DNA of 64,000 nt from Malacoraja senta (GCA_038087875.1 CM075990.1:12836001-12900000); one strand, 5' to 3'. Shown: positions 40,472-53,607, counted from the stretch's first letter. A program made the numbers and translations. Notes: generated by a model not told the origin, from the letters alone.

Positions 40472-41598
40472 ATGATCTCCCCGGAGCGCTGCAGTTGCAT
40501 CGTCTCCGCTTCCTTGGTGAAGGAGTCTCCACGGGACGGAGCGTGGGGCTGCAGCGGCTTGCTCCTCCACCCCGGGCGCCGCTTGGTCCTTTGCCACGGC
40601 CAGACTTTCTTCCCCTTCCTCCGGCGGCCGAAGCGAAACCTCGGCCGCCGGCCCTTCCTGCTGCCTGGAGCTTTCCACGGCGACCTCCAGATCCAGGTGC
40701 AGTTCCCTGGGACCAGCTGCTCAACCCAGCCCGAACTCGCCATGTCCTTGGCTTCCAACGACACAGGAGCACTCAATTCCCAATCGGAACCCCCTAATCT
40801 GGATTACAGACGTAGACTGTCCTCATTGACTCCTGGCCAAGCCAAGGCCATGAGTTCCAGCCCGGCTGAGCTGCTAATGGTCTTCTCATGCCAAGAATTT
40901 GGAGATATCTTCAGAACCTTGTTTAGCAAATCAGACAAGTGGTACTTCTACAGTGAAGACAAGGACGAGGAGGTCCATGGGGAGCCTCTGGATCTGGTCT
41001 GGTTCGCCCTGTTGTGGTGCCCTGGTTGGGTGGACGGAGGCAGCGTCTGTGGGGAGGAAGCCTTGAGGTATGTGAGGAGCGAGTGTTTGAGGAAGGGCCA
41101 GCCCCTCTTCAGTTGCGCATCGCCCTTTGCCTCGTTCTGCTCCGAGATCTTCATGAACACGCTCAGTCAGGGGATAGTGAGCAACCTGGCAGGAGAGCGG
41201 AACGCCCTGATTTTAACTGATGCCCGCTGCTTGCCGGGCACTGAAGGAGGTGGCGTGTACATCCGATCCCAAGAGCTGTACTACCTGGCGGGATTGATTG
41301 TGGCGCCTCTTTGCTGGAAGGCCAACGACTGGGTCGGCCTGACCTTGGTGTGTTCCATCACCTGCATCTTGGAGACCATGAGGAGGATTCTGAACGGATT
41401 TGAGATATTTGGTCCCCCGACCCTGACCGTCCCAGGGAGTCATGGGTTAACACGGCTGCTTGGCACGGCAGCCCTACTGGAGTCCAACAGGGTTTGGGGA
41501 TCAGGAGTGATTGTCACCCCGAGACTCATCATCACATGTAGACACGTCTTAGACCGGGCGCCATCTGTCAGAGTGAAAATACAGTCGGACTCAAACAG
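40472..41598 (+). CDS. TYSND1: TYSND1 peroxisomal leader peptide-processing protease, exon 1
   Basis: First in-frame ATG (gccATGa) at 40472; motifs WGCSGLLL..LVLCHG, ASPFASFCSEIFMNTLSQGIVSN, LTDARCLPGTEGGGV, WGSGV..TCRHV (catalytic His); AG|gtaag donor. Confidence 0.95.
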
Positions 41599-41730
41599 GT
41601 AAGAGTCATCCATGATACCAGAGGTCCTCTGAGTCTGAGGTACAAAATGTCGAAATTCTCAGCAGGTCAGTTGGCATCCATGGAGAAGAAAATGTATCTG
41701 TCATATGAACCGGAACAATGAAATTCTGAA

Positions 41731-41941
41731 TGTTTAAGAAGGAACTGCAGATGCTGGAAAATCGAAGGTACACAAAAATGCTGGAGAAACTCAGCGGGTG
41801 AGGCAGCATCTATGGAGCGAAGGAAATAGGCAACGTTTCGGTTCAGACTGAAGAAGGGTTTCGACCCGAAACGTTGCCAATTTCCTTCGCTCCATAGATG
41901 CTGCCTCACCCGCTGAGTTTCTCCAGCATTTTTGTCTACCT
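41731..41941. repeat. fold-back pair of Penelope terminal repeats in TYSND1 intron 1
   Basis: About 75-bp near-perfect inverted arms (about 41766-41840 and 41866-41941); hammerhead-like core at 41848-41875. Confidence 0.8.
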
Positions 41942-42559
41942 ACAATGACATTCTCGTTTGCTGCAACATTATAAGCAACTATGATGCAACAATAAAATAC
42001 AATAAATTATTAGTCATTCTAAGTAAACTAGACCACAATAACACAAAACTAAAGTATGCAAAGCAACCACAGCAGTGCAATTTCCTCCGTAGTTCAGTGC
42101 TGACGTGGGTTGTGGTTAGGGTTTGTTTGCAGGGGGGTTCAATAACCTGGTGGCTGATGAGCAGAGGCTGTTCTTGAACTGCGATGTAATGGTTCTCAGT
42201 CTCCTGTACTTTCTTCCCGATGGTGAGATGAAAGAGTGGCCGGGTTGATGCGGGGTTTCGATGATATTAGCTGCTTGCTTGACGCAGCACTTCCTGTAGA
42301 TCCCTTCGAAGGTGGGGAGGTTACTACCCATAATGGACGGGCAGTGTCCACCAGCGCTCTTCGATCTTGCGCTTTCGACTTTCTGAACCAGGCTGTATGC
42401 TCTCGACTGTGCACTTGTAGCAGTCCAATCAGAATATTCAGTGACATGCCAAATCTCCTCGAACCTTTGAGGGAGATGAGGCATTGGTGAGCTTTCTTTG
42501 CTTTAGCATCATTGTGCTGGGCCCAGGGCAGACCATCAGAACAAAGAGTGACAAAAAGA

Positions 42560-42880
42560 GTGAGAAACTCAGCGGGTGAGGCAGCATCTATGGAGCGAAG
42601 GAATAGGTGACGTTTCGGGTCGAGACCCTTCTTCAGATTGATGTCGGGGGTGGGTGGGAGGGGGGGGGCGGGAAAAATAAAGGAAGAGGCTGAGACAGTA
42701 GGCTGTAGGGGAGCTGGGAAGGGGAGGGGAAGGAGGGAGATAGCAAGGACCATCTTTGGCAAGGACTACCTGAAATTGGAGAAGTCAATGTTCATACTGC
42801 TGGGATGTAAACTACCCAAGCAAAATACGAGGTGCTGCTCCACCAATTTGCGGTGGGACTCACTCTGGCCATGGAGGAGG
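42560..42880 (-). mobile_element. Penelope-like element 3' fragment
   Basis: Same GIY-YIG C-terminal coding segment (gaggtgctgctc...gccatggaggaggcc) and terminal repeat as 53608-54089. Confidence 0.8.
42609..42636 (-). ncRNA. minimal hammerhead ribozyme-like core, GUC variant
   Basis: CUGAAGA-A-GGGU-CUCG-ACCC-GAAAC-GUC, same sense as the adjacent GIY-YIG remnant. Confidence 0.65.
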
Positions 42881-45800
42881 CCAGCATCTGCAGTTCTTTC
42901 TTAATCAGAACAAAGAGTTACTGTTTCGGCTCATAAAGTCACTCTCCATTATAGTACAGCCTGATCTTCTACTGAAGTTCTGAGGGGAATCTGTATTGTC
43001 AGAAATGTCTGTTCTTTGGGTTAGACATTAATTCAGATCCCTGTCATGTTATCTGTGGATTCAGGTCAATGTCAACAATCTCCTGGTGCCCTGGTCTACA
43101 TTGTATCCTCATTCATATGAGGAACAGATTATCTCTTGTCCATTGCTGATTGTTGAATTGTTTTCCTATTCAATAGTGATAATAGTTTAAACTAATTAAT
43201 GGTAGACAAAGCAATAAGGAACTTTCCTAGGATCACAATAGGTGTTGTAAATAGGCCATGTATATACATGCACATATAACACCTTTAATATGGCAAACCA
43301 TCCCAAGTCTTCTCATGGAAATATTTTCAAATGTAATTTTCTATCAGCAGTATTGCAAAAAGTAACCCAATAATATGTCTTTCTCTCCATCCCTCCCCCA
43401 CCCAAGTCGTACCAGCTTCAAAGTCGTCTTGTTGGGCCTCATTGTCTGTAACTCGTTCTCACCTAGGCCACAGCTAACAATGGCCTGTTTCCTTTATCAT
43501 CATTACTTTTTTGCATATCTTTCATTCATTTGTTCTATATCTCTCTACATCACTGTCTATATCTCTCGTTTCCCTTTCCCCTGACTCTCAGTCTTAAGCA
43601 GGGTGTCGACCCGAAATGTCGCCTATTCCTTTTCTCCAGAGATAATGTCTGACCCGCTGAGTTACTCCAACCTTTTGAGTCTATCTTCGGTTTAAACCAG
43701 CATCTGCAGTTCCTTCCTGCACGATATGTTTTTGGTGTTGATTAAAAGGGTACAAATAAGGAATACTTAAACAACTGCAGATTCTGCTTTACAAGGGTTT
43801 AAAGGGGAGCTCGATATACACTTGTAGGCACAAGGATGTCCACTTGAATTGAAAAGTATGGTGTGGAAAGTAATTCCGATGAAGAAAGGCTTGTGTGAAG
43901 GAGAAATACCTTCATAGACCTTTAGGCCTGAAAGGCCAGTTTCCTTGTTGAATTTCATGTGTAAATGTATGTAAAATTCTACTGTGTGAGGACGTAATAG
44001 AGCAGGTACCCAAACGCTTGGCCAGAGTGGTTGATTTTAAGGAGGTTCTTTAAGGCAGGAAAAATGGAAGGCAGCCGGATAGACTGAAGGAGGGAATTCC
44101 AGAGCTTTGACAGCTGAAGTCACGTCAGGTAATGGTGGAGTGGCAGAGGCAAGGAATGGAAAAATACAGAACATATGGGAAAGCTTAAGGTTAGTGGAGG
44201 AGGAGGTGCTGGAATAGAGAGTGGCAAGGCATCAGAGACAAACCGTAAATAGGTTCAGCCATGATCCCCTTGAAATGAGGAAAAGGCTTAAGTTCCTGTG
44301 TCGCCGAATCTTGCTCCTTGTTAAATTTTATCGTGCTCCAATGGATGTGAAAATCAAAATTAATGAAGTGGCAGATTTGAAAATGTCAAACAGTAGAACA
44401 CATGAAAAGCTCTTTTGTCCCACAATGTGTCTAACATGATGCCAAATTAAACTAATCTCTTCTGTCTGCATGTGATCCATATCCCTCCATTACCTGTCTG
44501 AAGAAGGGTCTCGACCCAAAACGTCACCCATTCCTTCTCTGCAGAGATGCTGCCTGTCCCACTGAATTACTCCAGCATTTTGTGTCTACCTTTGATTTAA
44601 ACCAGCATCTGCAGTTCTTTCCTACACATTTTGTCCCTCCATTACCTGTACGTTAATGTGCCCATTGAAAAATCTCTTAAAGGCCACTATTGTGTCGGCT
44701 TCCACCACCACCTCTGGTAGCTATCTCCCTTCTCAAACAAAGGGGAACATTGGCTACTCTCTGGGACCTTGCCTGTGGCTAGAGACGTTACAAAGATCTT
44801 CGTCGAGCCCAACAATCTCCTCTCTCAATAATTTGGGATAGATCCCTTCAGGCCCTGGGCTGAAAGTGGCCACAGGATGGATGAAAGGGGTGCTGTGGAT
44901 TAGGAGGGGAGAAAGGTTTTGGTTGAGCTCAATATTTTAGAGCTTTTGGAGATGTTTGGCTATCATTTCACTAATGTAAGCAAGCGAAGCACATTTTCTG
45001 CGTCGTACCTCTCCATCATGAATGGCAGGACCCTGGGGAGTGTTGTAGAACAGGAGGGGTGCAATTGCCAAGTTCCCTGAAAGTGGTGATGCAGGTTGAC
45101 AAGATGGTGAAGAAAGTGTACGGTGTACTTGCCTTCGTTTGCCAGGGGCATTGAGGACAAGAGTTGGGACATCATTGCTACAACTTAGTGAGACCACAAT
45201 TGGAATATTTTGTGCAGTGCCGGCCATTGTACTACATGGAAGGATGTGATTAAATTAAGAATGGGCGCTGAATAGCTTCACAAGGATATTGCCAGGAATG
45301 GAGGGCTTAAGTTATAAGGAGAGAATGGATTAGCTGGGACTATTTTCCCTGGAGTGGAGGAGGCTTGAAGGCTTAGAAACCAAAGTTCCTAACGGAAAAA
45401 TAAAGTTCATTGAATTGAATTGAAGGGGTCTTCGTTTGAAGGTTTATCCATCATGAGGGGCAGAGATAAAGTGGATGGTGAATGTCTTCTTCCTAAGGTA
45501 AGGGTGTCTAAAACTAGCGAGCATCGGTTTAGGGAGCGAGAGGAAAGAGAACCAGAGGCAATTTTTTCACACAGAGCTGATGAGTATATCAGGCAACTGA
45601 ATCATCCTACCACAACTAGAGAGCAGTCCTGAACTACCATCTACCTCACTGGTGACCCTTGGATTATCTTTGATCGGACTTTACTGGGTCTAACTTGCAC
45701 CAAATGTCATTCTCTTGTCATATACACTGTAAACGGCTCGATTGTAATCATGTATTGTCCTTCCACTGACTGGTTAGCATGCAACAACAGCTTTTCGCTG

Positions 45801-46055
45801 TACCTCGGTACACGTGACAATGAACTAAACTGAGTATAGGGAATAAGCTGCTAGAGGAAGTGGTAAAGCCAGGCCTAATCACAATGTTTAATAGAGATTT
45901 GGACTAGTCCATAGAGAGGAAAGCTTTTGAGGGATACAGGCCAAATGCAGGCAATGGGACCAGCTCAGATGGAAATCATGGTCAACATGGACTGTACAAG
46001 TAATTGGTACAGGTTGAAAATAGCTGATTAACCTTTCCCTTGTGCTTAACCATAG

Positions 46056-46186
46056 CTGCCTTGCATTAAAGGGAAGAGTGGTGTTTGCCACGAAGGAAAA
46101 TTCACCCTATGATGTGGCAGTGGTGGAACTGGAAGAAGATCTCTCATCCGTTGAAATACCGACCATTGCTTCTGATTTTAAGACAG
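46056..46186 (+). CDS. TYSND1: TYSND1 exon 2
   Basis: catag / gtaaga; 131 bp, phase 2 to 1; CLALKGRVVFATKENSPYDVAVVELEEDL (catalytic Asp). Confidence 0.95.
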
Positions 46187-48558
46187 GTAAGAATGGAGGA
46201 AGGATTAACTTAAGGAAAGCAACAACGTATAAAATTCAGAGCAAAAATCACATCTGGACCAAATCGTCTCACTGTGAATATGATGGGATAGGGACTATTT
46301 TAGAATAACTCAGCGGAAGCAATTCTGGATAGAAGGAATGGAGAAGTTTGTTAACGTTTACATTTATTAACAGAACAGACAGAGCACTTTTTAAACAAAG
46401 CAAGGGTGACGTTTCGGGTTGAGACCCTTCTTCAGACTGAGAAACTCTCCGAAATGTCACCCATTCCTTCAATCCAGAGATGCTGCCTGTCCCGCTGAGC
46501 TACTCCAGCATCTTGTGTCTATCTTCAGTGTAAACCAGCATCTGCAGTTCCTTCCTACACTTTATTTTAGAAATTCACTCACCCTTCAACAGCATTTTGT
46601 GTAGAATTGTTGCAGCATAGGAGGAGGCCATTTAGCCCATCCAGTCTGTGCTGTAATAGCTTGTGGTAGCACAATCCCATCAGTCACATTCCCATGGTCA
46701 TTCCCCATCTGCTGGCAAGTTATTTACCACCCAACCAGCCCCCTTTTACAAGCCCTGATTAATTATATTTCTACCACTGTTACAGACAGTGATTAACAGA
46801 TCCTAACATTAACAAAATATTCTTAATGTGGCAAACTCAATTTACAAAAGATTTGGATTTTTTTAATTTACCTTCCTGCAGAAATAGCTGCAATTCTTTT
46901 GAGCCATGCTTTCATTACAAATTTTCTTTTAAAAATCTCCCATTCTTCCCTTTTAGGTTATGGACAGTGGAGTGGGATTTAAGGGTAGGACGGTCGAGGA
47001 TGCGACTCTAGGGATCTCTTGTCTAACCGGCACGCTGGTCAAAACTGCTACATGTTGACTGAATTACTCTTAACTCTCTCCCGGTTGTGAATAATATCGC
47101 CTTCCACAACACTCGCACACTTTGCCAGGGGCTGTGAAGCAACCACCACCCCCCTCCCCCCCCCCCCTGTGTATAACTGCACTGATGGGGGGAGATAAAC
47201 TAACAGAGAACAAAGACACGTGCAAGGGTTGATAAAACTTTATCTCCCACTCGCAGTGTGAGGAGCCGTTTACACAGGAGGTCGTTTATCCTTTGTTAAA
47301 AGTTTCCATTTATTAACAGAACAGACAGAGCACTTTTTAAACAAAGCAAGGGACTGATGCTTGGGGGAAAAAAAGTTTCTGTGGTTCTGGCAGTGCTTAT
47401 GCTCGACTTGACAATTTGTATTTTTCAGAGAAGGGGGACGACGTTCTTTTTGGAGAAAATAAAAGCTTTTGAAAAGTTTGCACAGGTTATATCGACCAGA
47501 CATGGTCATTGCAACATATGAGTAAAAAAAAATCATTTAGAATAGAGAATATTACTGCAATGTCAGCGCAAAAGCTGAGCCTCGATGTCTGCTGGTCGGA
47601 TTAAGGTATCAACAATCAGGAATCATTGTCAAAAACAGCAGTTGTTGAGATAGACACAAAAGTCTGGAGTAACTCAGCGGGGACAGGCAGCATCTCTGGA
47701 GAGAAGGAATGGGTGACGTTTCGAGTCGAGACCCTTCTTCAGACAGAGCAGTCACTCATTCTCTCCAGAGATGCTGCCTGGCCCGATGCTGAGTTAATCC
47801 AGCTTTTTGTGTCTATTTTTGGTTTAAAGCAGCTGCTGCAGTTCCTTCCTACACAGCAGTTGTTGAGAATCCAAATTAATAGTGTAGAAGCATAAAATCT
47901 GATTTGAATTTAAGTCCCAGGAGCAAAAATAGTTCCAGGACCAGAATTAGGCCCTTCGGCCCTTCGAGTACGCCACCATTCAATCATGGCTGATCTATCT
48001 TTCCCTCTCAACCCCATTCTCATGTCTTCACCCCACAACCCCTGATGGCCTTTTATAGTTCCAGTCGTAGAACACAGTGTAGACAAAAGTGCTGGAGAAA
48101 CTCAGCGGGTGCAGCAGCATCTATGGAGCGAAGGAAATAGGCAACGTTTCGGGCCGAAACCCTTCTTCAGACTGATGTAGGGTAGGGGGGGGGGGGGTGG
48201 AGGGGCAGGGAGAAGAAAGGAGAAAGGAAGAGGAGGAGCCAGAGGGCTGAGGGAGAGCTGAGAAGGGGAGGAGATAGCAAGGGCTACCGGAAATTGGAGA
48301 AGTCAATGTTCATGCCGCTAAGGTGCAAACTATGCGAACATAGTGTAACATTGCCATTATATTCTTTATTGTGTAGAAAAATGAGAGAGCTCATAGAAGT
48401 AGACAACATTCTTAAAAGGGCCCACAAGCTACAGACAGGGAACATTCTCTCCTTGGCTGGGAAGTCATGGACTAGGGGGCATGACTTTGGAATAAGGGAT
48501 AGGTTGTTTAGGACTGAGAGAGGGAGAATGTTTGGCACGCAGACGGTGGTCAATCTCG

Positions 48559-49480
48559 TTTTAGTTTAGTTTAGAGATACAGCATGGAAACAGGCCCTTC
48601 AGCCCACTGAGTCCATGCCGCCCAGCAATCCCTGCACATTTACACTGTCCTACACACTAGGGACAATTTACAAAAACGGAACCCAATAATGAATTGATTA
48701 TATTTGGGGTAATGGAAGATGGGAACAAACTGAACCCATCTCAAAAAATATTTTTTAATTATGGTTTAATAAGAGCAAAAACATTAATATTGAAATTTTG
48801 GAAAAATACACCAATACCAACGCTCAAAATGTGGATTGCAAGTATGTTGGATACCGCACATCTTGAGGAAATGCGATTCCTCCTAATAGATAAATTTGAC
48901 CAATTCACAACGAGTTGGTCTCCATTTGTCGTCTTTTTGGAAACATATGGTGCAACACAATTGTAAAAGCTAACTCGTGACTGGGTGAGGAATGGTCAAG
49001 TTTATAAATAAGATCTCCTTACTTCTCTTTTCTTTTTATTCCCTTTTCTTCTTTTACTCTTTTTCTTCTATTTTCTATTTCTTAACTTTCTTCTTTCACT
49101 CTCTATTTTTCTTTTTCACACACTATATATCTCACATTTTTCTATTCTTCATTATCTAATTTCTTTTTCTTTTTCTTCTTTATTACAAAATTTAAAAAAA
49201 TAAGAAGCTGTACATAAAATGTATTATGAAAATATGATTGTATACAATTGTACTTACTTCTAATAAAAATAAATTTAAAAAAAAATAAAAAAATATACGA
49301 AGCCAATTAACCTACAAACATATACGTTTTGTGGGAGGAAACCGGAGCACCTGGTAAAAAAGCCATGCAGGTCATGGGGAAAAGGTACAAACTCCGTATG
49401 GACAGCACCTGTAGTCAGGATCGAACCCGTGTCTCTGGCGCTGTAAGGCGGCAACTCTACCGCTGCGCCACCATGCCGCC
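48559..49480 (-). mobile_element. V-SINE split by an L1-like insertion
   Basis: SINE tail at about 48559-48671 and SINE head at about 49294-49480 are collinear with intact copies. Confidence 0.8.
48672..49293 (+). mobile_element. 5'-truncated L1-clade LINE (ORF2 C-terminus, 3' UTR, poly-A)
   Basis: ORF ending 48966 (LIIFG...YGLIRAKTLILKFWKNTPIPTLKMW...LEEMRF...FTTSWSPF) resembles fish L1 ORF2 C-termini; pyrimidine-rich UTR, AATAAA and A-rich tail. Confidence 0.7.
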
Positions 49481-49537
49481 CTCTCCGTTATTTTGTTCGA
49501 TAATACTTTAAGTGAAACTGCGTCCTGTTGTCCACAG

Positions 49538-49723
49538 GAGAGGACGTCTACGTCATAGGCTACGGGGTTTTTGGCCGTGCGTGCGGGCCCTCGGTGACGG
49601 CCGGGATCTTGTCTGCTGTGATCACGATGGAGGAGAGGCCGGTCATGCTACAGACCACCTGTGCTGTTCATGCTGGGGCCAGCGGTGGACCTGTCTTCAG
49701 CACCAGCAGTGGAGAGTTGCTGG
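49538..49723 (+). CDS. TYSND1: TYSND1 exon 3
   Basis: ccacag / gtaggt; 186 bp; EDVYVIGYGVFGRACGPSVTAGILS...MLQTTCAVHAGASGGPVF (catalytic Ser). Confidence 0.95.
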
Positions 49724-50656
49724 GTAGGTGGCCTGTCTTTGTAGCTTATGGAGGACATCTTCGCTAAGACCTGTGGGTAGAGTGGGGAGTTGGCTGGACA
49801 TTGGAGATCTGGTTGGTAGTTCTCCAAAGATAGACACAAAGTGCTGGAGGCGTGCGTCAGCCAGCATCTCTAGAGAAAATGGCGTGGTGATGTTTTGGGA
49901 TGGGACCCTTCTTCAGACTGATTATGAGCCGGGGAGGAAAAACAGGACTAATCGGAGCCAGCAATAAATCACCTGAGGCAGGGAGGTTCCCGGATTATTG
50001 GTCATCTGGTGCCAGCCTTGATTTGTCCCATTTTTTCTTTGTTTGGAGTTCCAGTTCCCCTTCCTACAATCAGTCTGAATAAGGGTCCCAACACGAAACG
50101 TCACCTATCTATTTCCTCCACCGTTACTCCAGCTCTTTGTGTTTATCTTTGATATAAACCAACGTCTGCGATTCCTTTTTATTACATTGGTAGTTCTCCA
50201 TGCTGTCTTGGTCACTATGCCTCCTCAGTCAGTCAATGGTGATTGCTGTCAGTGGGAGCTTTCTGTGTACAGCTAATCGAGCTGCTACCTCAGAACTCCA
50301 GCAACCTCCACTGCTTCTCTATGTGGAGTTTGCATGCTCTAGTCCTTGGATTTTCTTTCCTAGTGACGGTTTGGTAGGTTAATCAGCCACTCTTAGTTGC
50401 CCTTCATGAGTGGGGGACTGTTAGAGCCTGGAGAGCCAGAGGGAGAAGAGAATAGGATTAGTGTAGATGATTAGCCTGATGGTCAGCACGAACTCGGCGG
50501 GCCAAAGGGCCTTTTCGCCACATGTACCACATTACAGGAAGTGTTTCTTTGCCTGCGAAGCCATCCTCAACATCCACACAAAGGGTGGTGGGTGTATGGA
50601 ACAAGCTGCCAGAGGAGGTAGTTGAGGCTGCGACTATCCCAACAATTAAGAAACAG

Positions 50657-51270
50657 ATACAATACAATACAATACAATTTATTTGTCATTTGGACCCCGT
50701 TGAGATCCAAACGAAATATCGTTTCTGCAGCCATACATTACAAAACGAAGAAGACCCGAGACACAACACAATTTACACATACATCCATCCACAGCGCTGT
50801 GATGGAAGGCAAAAAAAACGTATCTCTCCACTGCACTCCCCCCCCCCCCCCCAATGTCAGAGTCAAAGTCAAAGCCCCCGGCGGGCAATGGTGATTGTCC
50901 CGCGGCCATTAAAGCCACGCCGGGCGATGCAAGGTCGCGCACCGGGTCTTGGTGTTAGAGCCCCGGCGTGCGCTCGCAAAGTCCCGTGGCCATTCCAAGC
51001 CGCGCGGGGCGGTGATGTAAGCCCCGCTCCAGGTGCTCTTCAACCCTGCAACTCGGGCGGGAGAAGTCGCCGCTGCGGAAGCCCCGAAAAGCGGTCTCCC
51101 ACCAGGGACCCGCGGGCTTCCGGTGTTGCCGTCCGCCAGACCCGCGGTTGTAGCCTCCGAATCTCCGGGGGTCGGGTCGCAGCAGCGCTCCACCACAGCT
51201 CCACCCGCTCCGGACTCGGCCAGCCCCGTGACGGTGAGAACTCCGCAGCTCCGCAACTGGAGCTGCGGAC
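50657..51270 (-). repeat. GC/CpG-rich interspersed element in TYSND1 intron 3
   Basis: (ATACA)n tail, ATTTATTTGTC and a body similar to 18541-19250. Confidence 0.75.
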
Positions 51271-51675
51271 TACTCACTGGAGATAGAAACATGGATAAAG
51301 CAGGTTTGGAGGGATATGGACCAAATGCTGGCAGGTGGGAATAGTGTAGCTGGGCCAAGTTGGCCGAAGGGCCCCGTTTTCACACTGTAACACTATGACT
51401 ATCCTGAATCACGTCATTGTTTTATAGAATACTTGGTATCAGGCTGCCCTCGCGATCCCCAGAATTGGCATACAATCATTTGCCTCGCCTCCACAATGGG
51501 AGATTCTGTTAGGAGATTTAGTGATCCTCCATAACCAATGCATCAATGTCAAACTTGTCAAGTGCTGGAGTAACAGTAGACCAGGCAGCATCTGTGGAGG
51601 TCTTGGATAGATGACATTTCAGGTTGGGATCCTTCTAGATTTCTCTAAGTTTGTCAATGGTGCTTTCCCCTGCAG

Positions 51676-51892
51676 GGATGTTTCCAGCAACGCTCGCAAT
51701 AACAACGGAGGAGCCACCTACCCACACCTGAACTTCAGCCTTCCCATCACCGTCCTGTGGCCTGTTTTGTCCGCCTACAACCAAACGAGGGACGTTGCGG
51801 TCTTCGAGGGGCTGAACAGAGGCAGCAAACACCTGCGCGCACTCTGGAGACTCCAAGGCAGCACCTCAGTCCCACAGAGGAGCAAACTGTAG
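51676..51892 (+). CDS. TYSND1: TYSND1 exon 4 ending in PTS1 signal SKL (one base short for frame continuity)
   Basis: tttcccctgcag acceptor; VSSNARNNNGGATYPHLNFSLPITVL...LWRLQGSTSVPQRSKL*. Confidence 0.9.
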
Positions 51893-53607
51893 CTCTGGTT
51901 GTCGAAGATAGACACAAAATGCTGGAGTAAGTCAGCGGGACAGGCAGCATCTCTGGAAAGAAGGAATGGGTGACGTTTCAGGTCGAGACCCTTCTTCAGA
52001 TTCCTTCTCTCCAGAGATGCTGTCTGCCCCGCTGTGTTACTCCAGCATTTTGTGTCTATCTTCGATTTAAACCAGCATCTGCAATTCTTTCCTACACACT
52101 CTGGCTGTCGAGTTTGCTCCCTCATCTCTGGCAGTGCCAGAAATGGAGGGGAGACCAATCCAGGAGAGTTGAAATGGCAGGAGTTTGGTTTTGACTCCAT
52201 TTGCTGTTATCTGGAATATTCTGCAGTCAGTGTTTACAGATGATCTTAAATCTAAGAAACAGAGGAATAATTGGGAAGCAGTGATATCATGGTGCTTGGT
52301 TCATGATAGGGAACAGATTAACATTTGGTCTACAATGTCACTTGAATCTTTGAAATTGGTTGTTGCTTGGATTCTGATTAATTATGTGACCACTTCACTT
52401 ACTAGCGAACACCACTGTTCTGGTTCAGTCAGCAGACAATCCAGATCTCAACCCCTCCGGTCCCTACACCCCTAAGTACGATGCTAAATGAGTGACGCAC
52501 TCTTGGAGGTGCTGACCTTGGAACCAAATCTTAAACTGAGGTCTGCCTACTTATTTTGCCGGTTCAAGCAGAAATCATAGACGGCTGAGATACTTTTTTA
52601 TAAACATAGTACAGGGAATTTTCCAGCTGTTCTGCTAGAACATTACAAGTAGGCTGGAGTAGGCCTTTTACCCCCTTCTAGCATGTTCTGCTATTCCTCA
52701 AGATCTTCTACCTCAATTCCAATTTCCTCCCATTTCTCTTGATCACCTTCCTCTCAAGAAATCTATTGACCTCTGTTTTGAGTGAATCTTCGATGGAGGG
52801 TTGCAAAGTTTCGCTGTGATCTGGCTGAAGACGTTTCTGCTCATCTCAGTCCTAAATAGCCACTCGTATTCCCAATACTGACCCCTGAATGTAGGCTCCT
52901 CGGGCAAAGGAAGCATCCTTCTTGCCGCTAGCTTGTCGAGCCCTATGAGAATTCGAGTTACAGAATTGCCCAATTATCATTGTCAGTTTAATTTTAACTC
53001 TGTTGCACTATTACTGTCCGAGATCCCAGACGTATTGCTCCAACCTAAGCTGACAAAACTGGGAACTTATCACATTGAAACTGGGTCATTTTGCTATTTA
53101 CAGTTGTATTTCAAAAGTTATTATTCGTTGGTATCTTGAAGAGGTATGAACATTTCTGAGGTGAAGGAGCTAAATTTTCTGCACTTTGAACTGAATGAAG
53201 AAACAGTCCACCCTCTGAATTTAATGATTTAATTCAAATTTCCCAACATCCAAGAAAAAAATGTATTGTTAATTTTTCACTTTTCTGTACTCTGCTCAGT
53301 TCAAACTAGGAAATAACATTAGAATATGGATAGCATGTAACAACAAAACTAATTTCACTGTACCTCAGCACACATGACAATAAACTAAACTATCAGGAAG
53401 AGATGTAATACCTCCAACACCATCCTGGGTATTTTGGTCATGTTATAATTTATATAACATGTTATAATTGAATGTTATAATAATGCAAATTGGAGGAACA
53501 GCACCTCATGTTTTGTTTCCCCCCCACCCAAGTCGTATTAGCTTCAAAGTCGTCTCGTTGAGTCTCATTGTCCGTGACTCGTTTTCACCTAGCCCACAAT
53601 TAACAAT

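Noticed and set aside
50522..51358. 254-aa and 149-aa ORFs (also 2884-3354 and 18921-19196)
   Set aside because: Stop-poor GC-rich repeat sequence with no recognisable domain; frames are not conserved between copies
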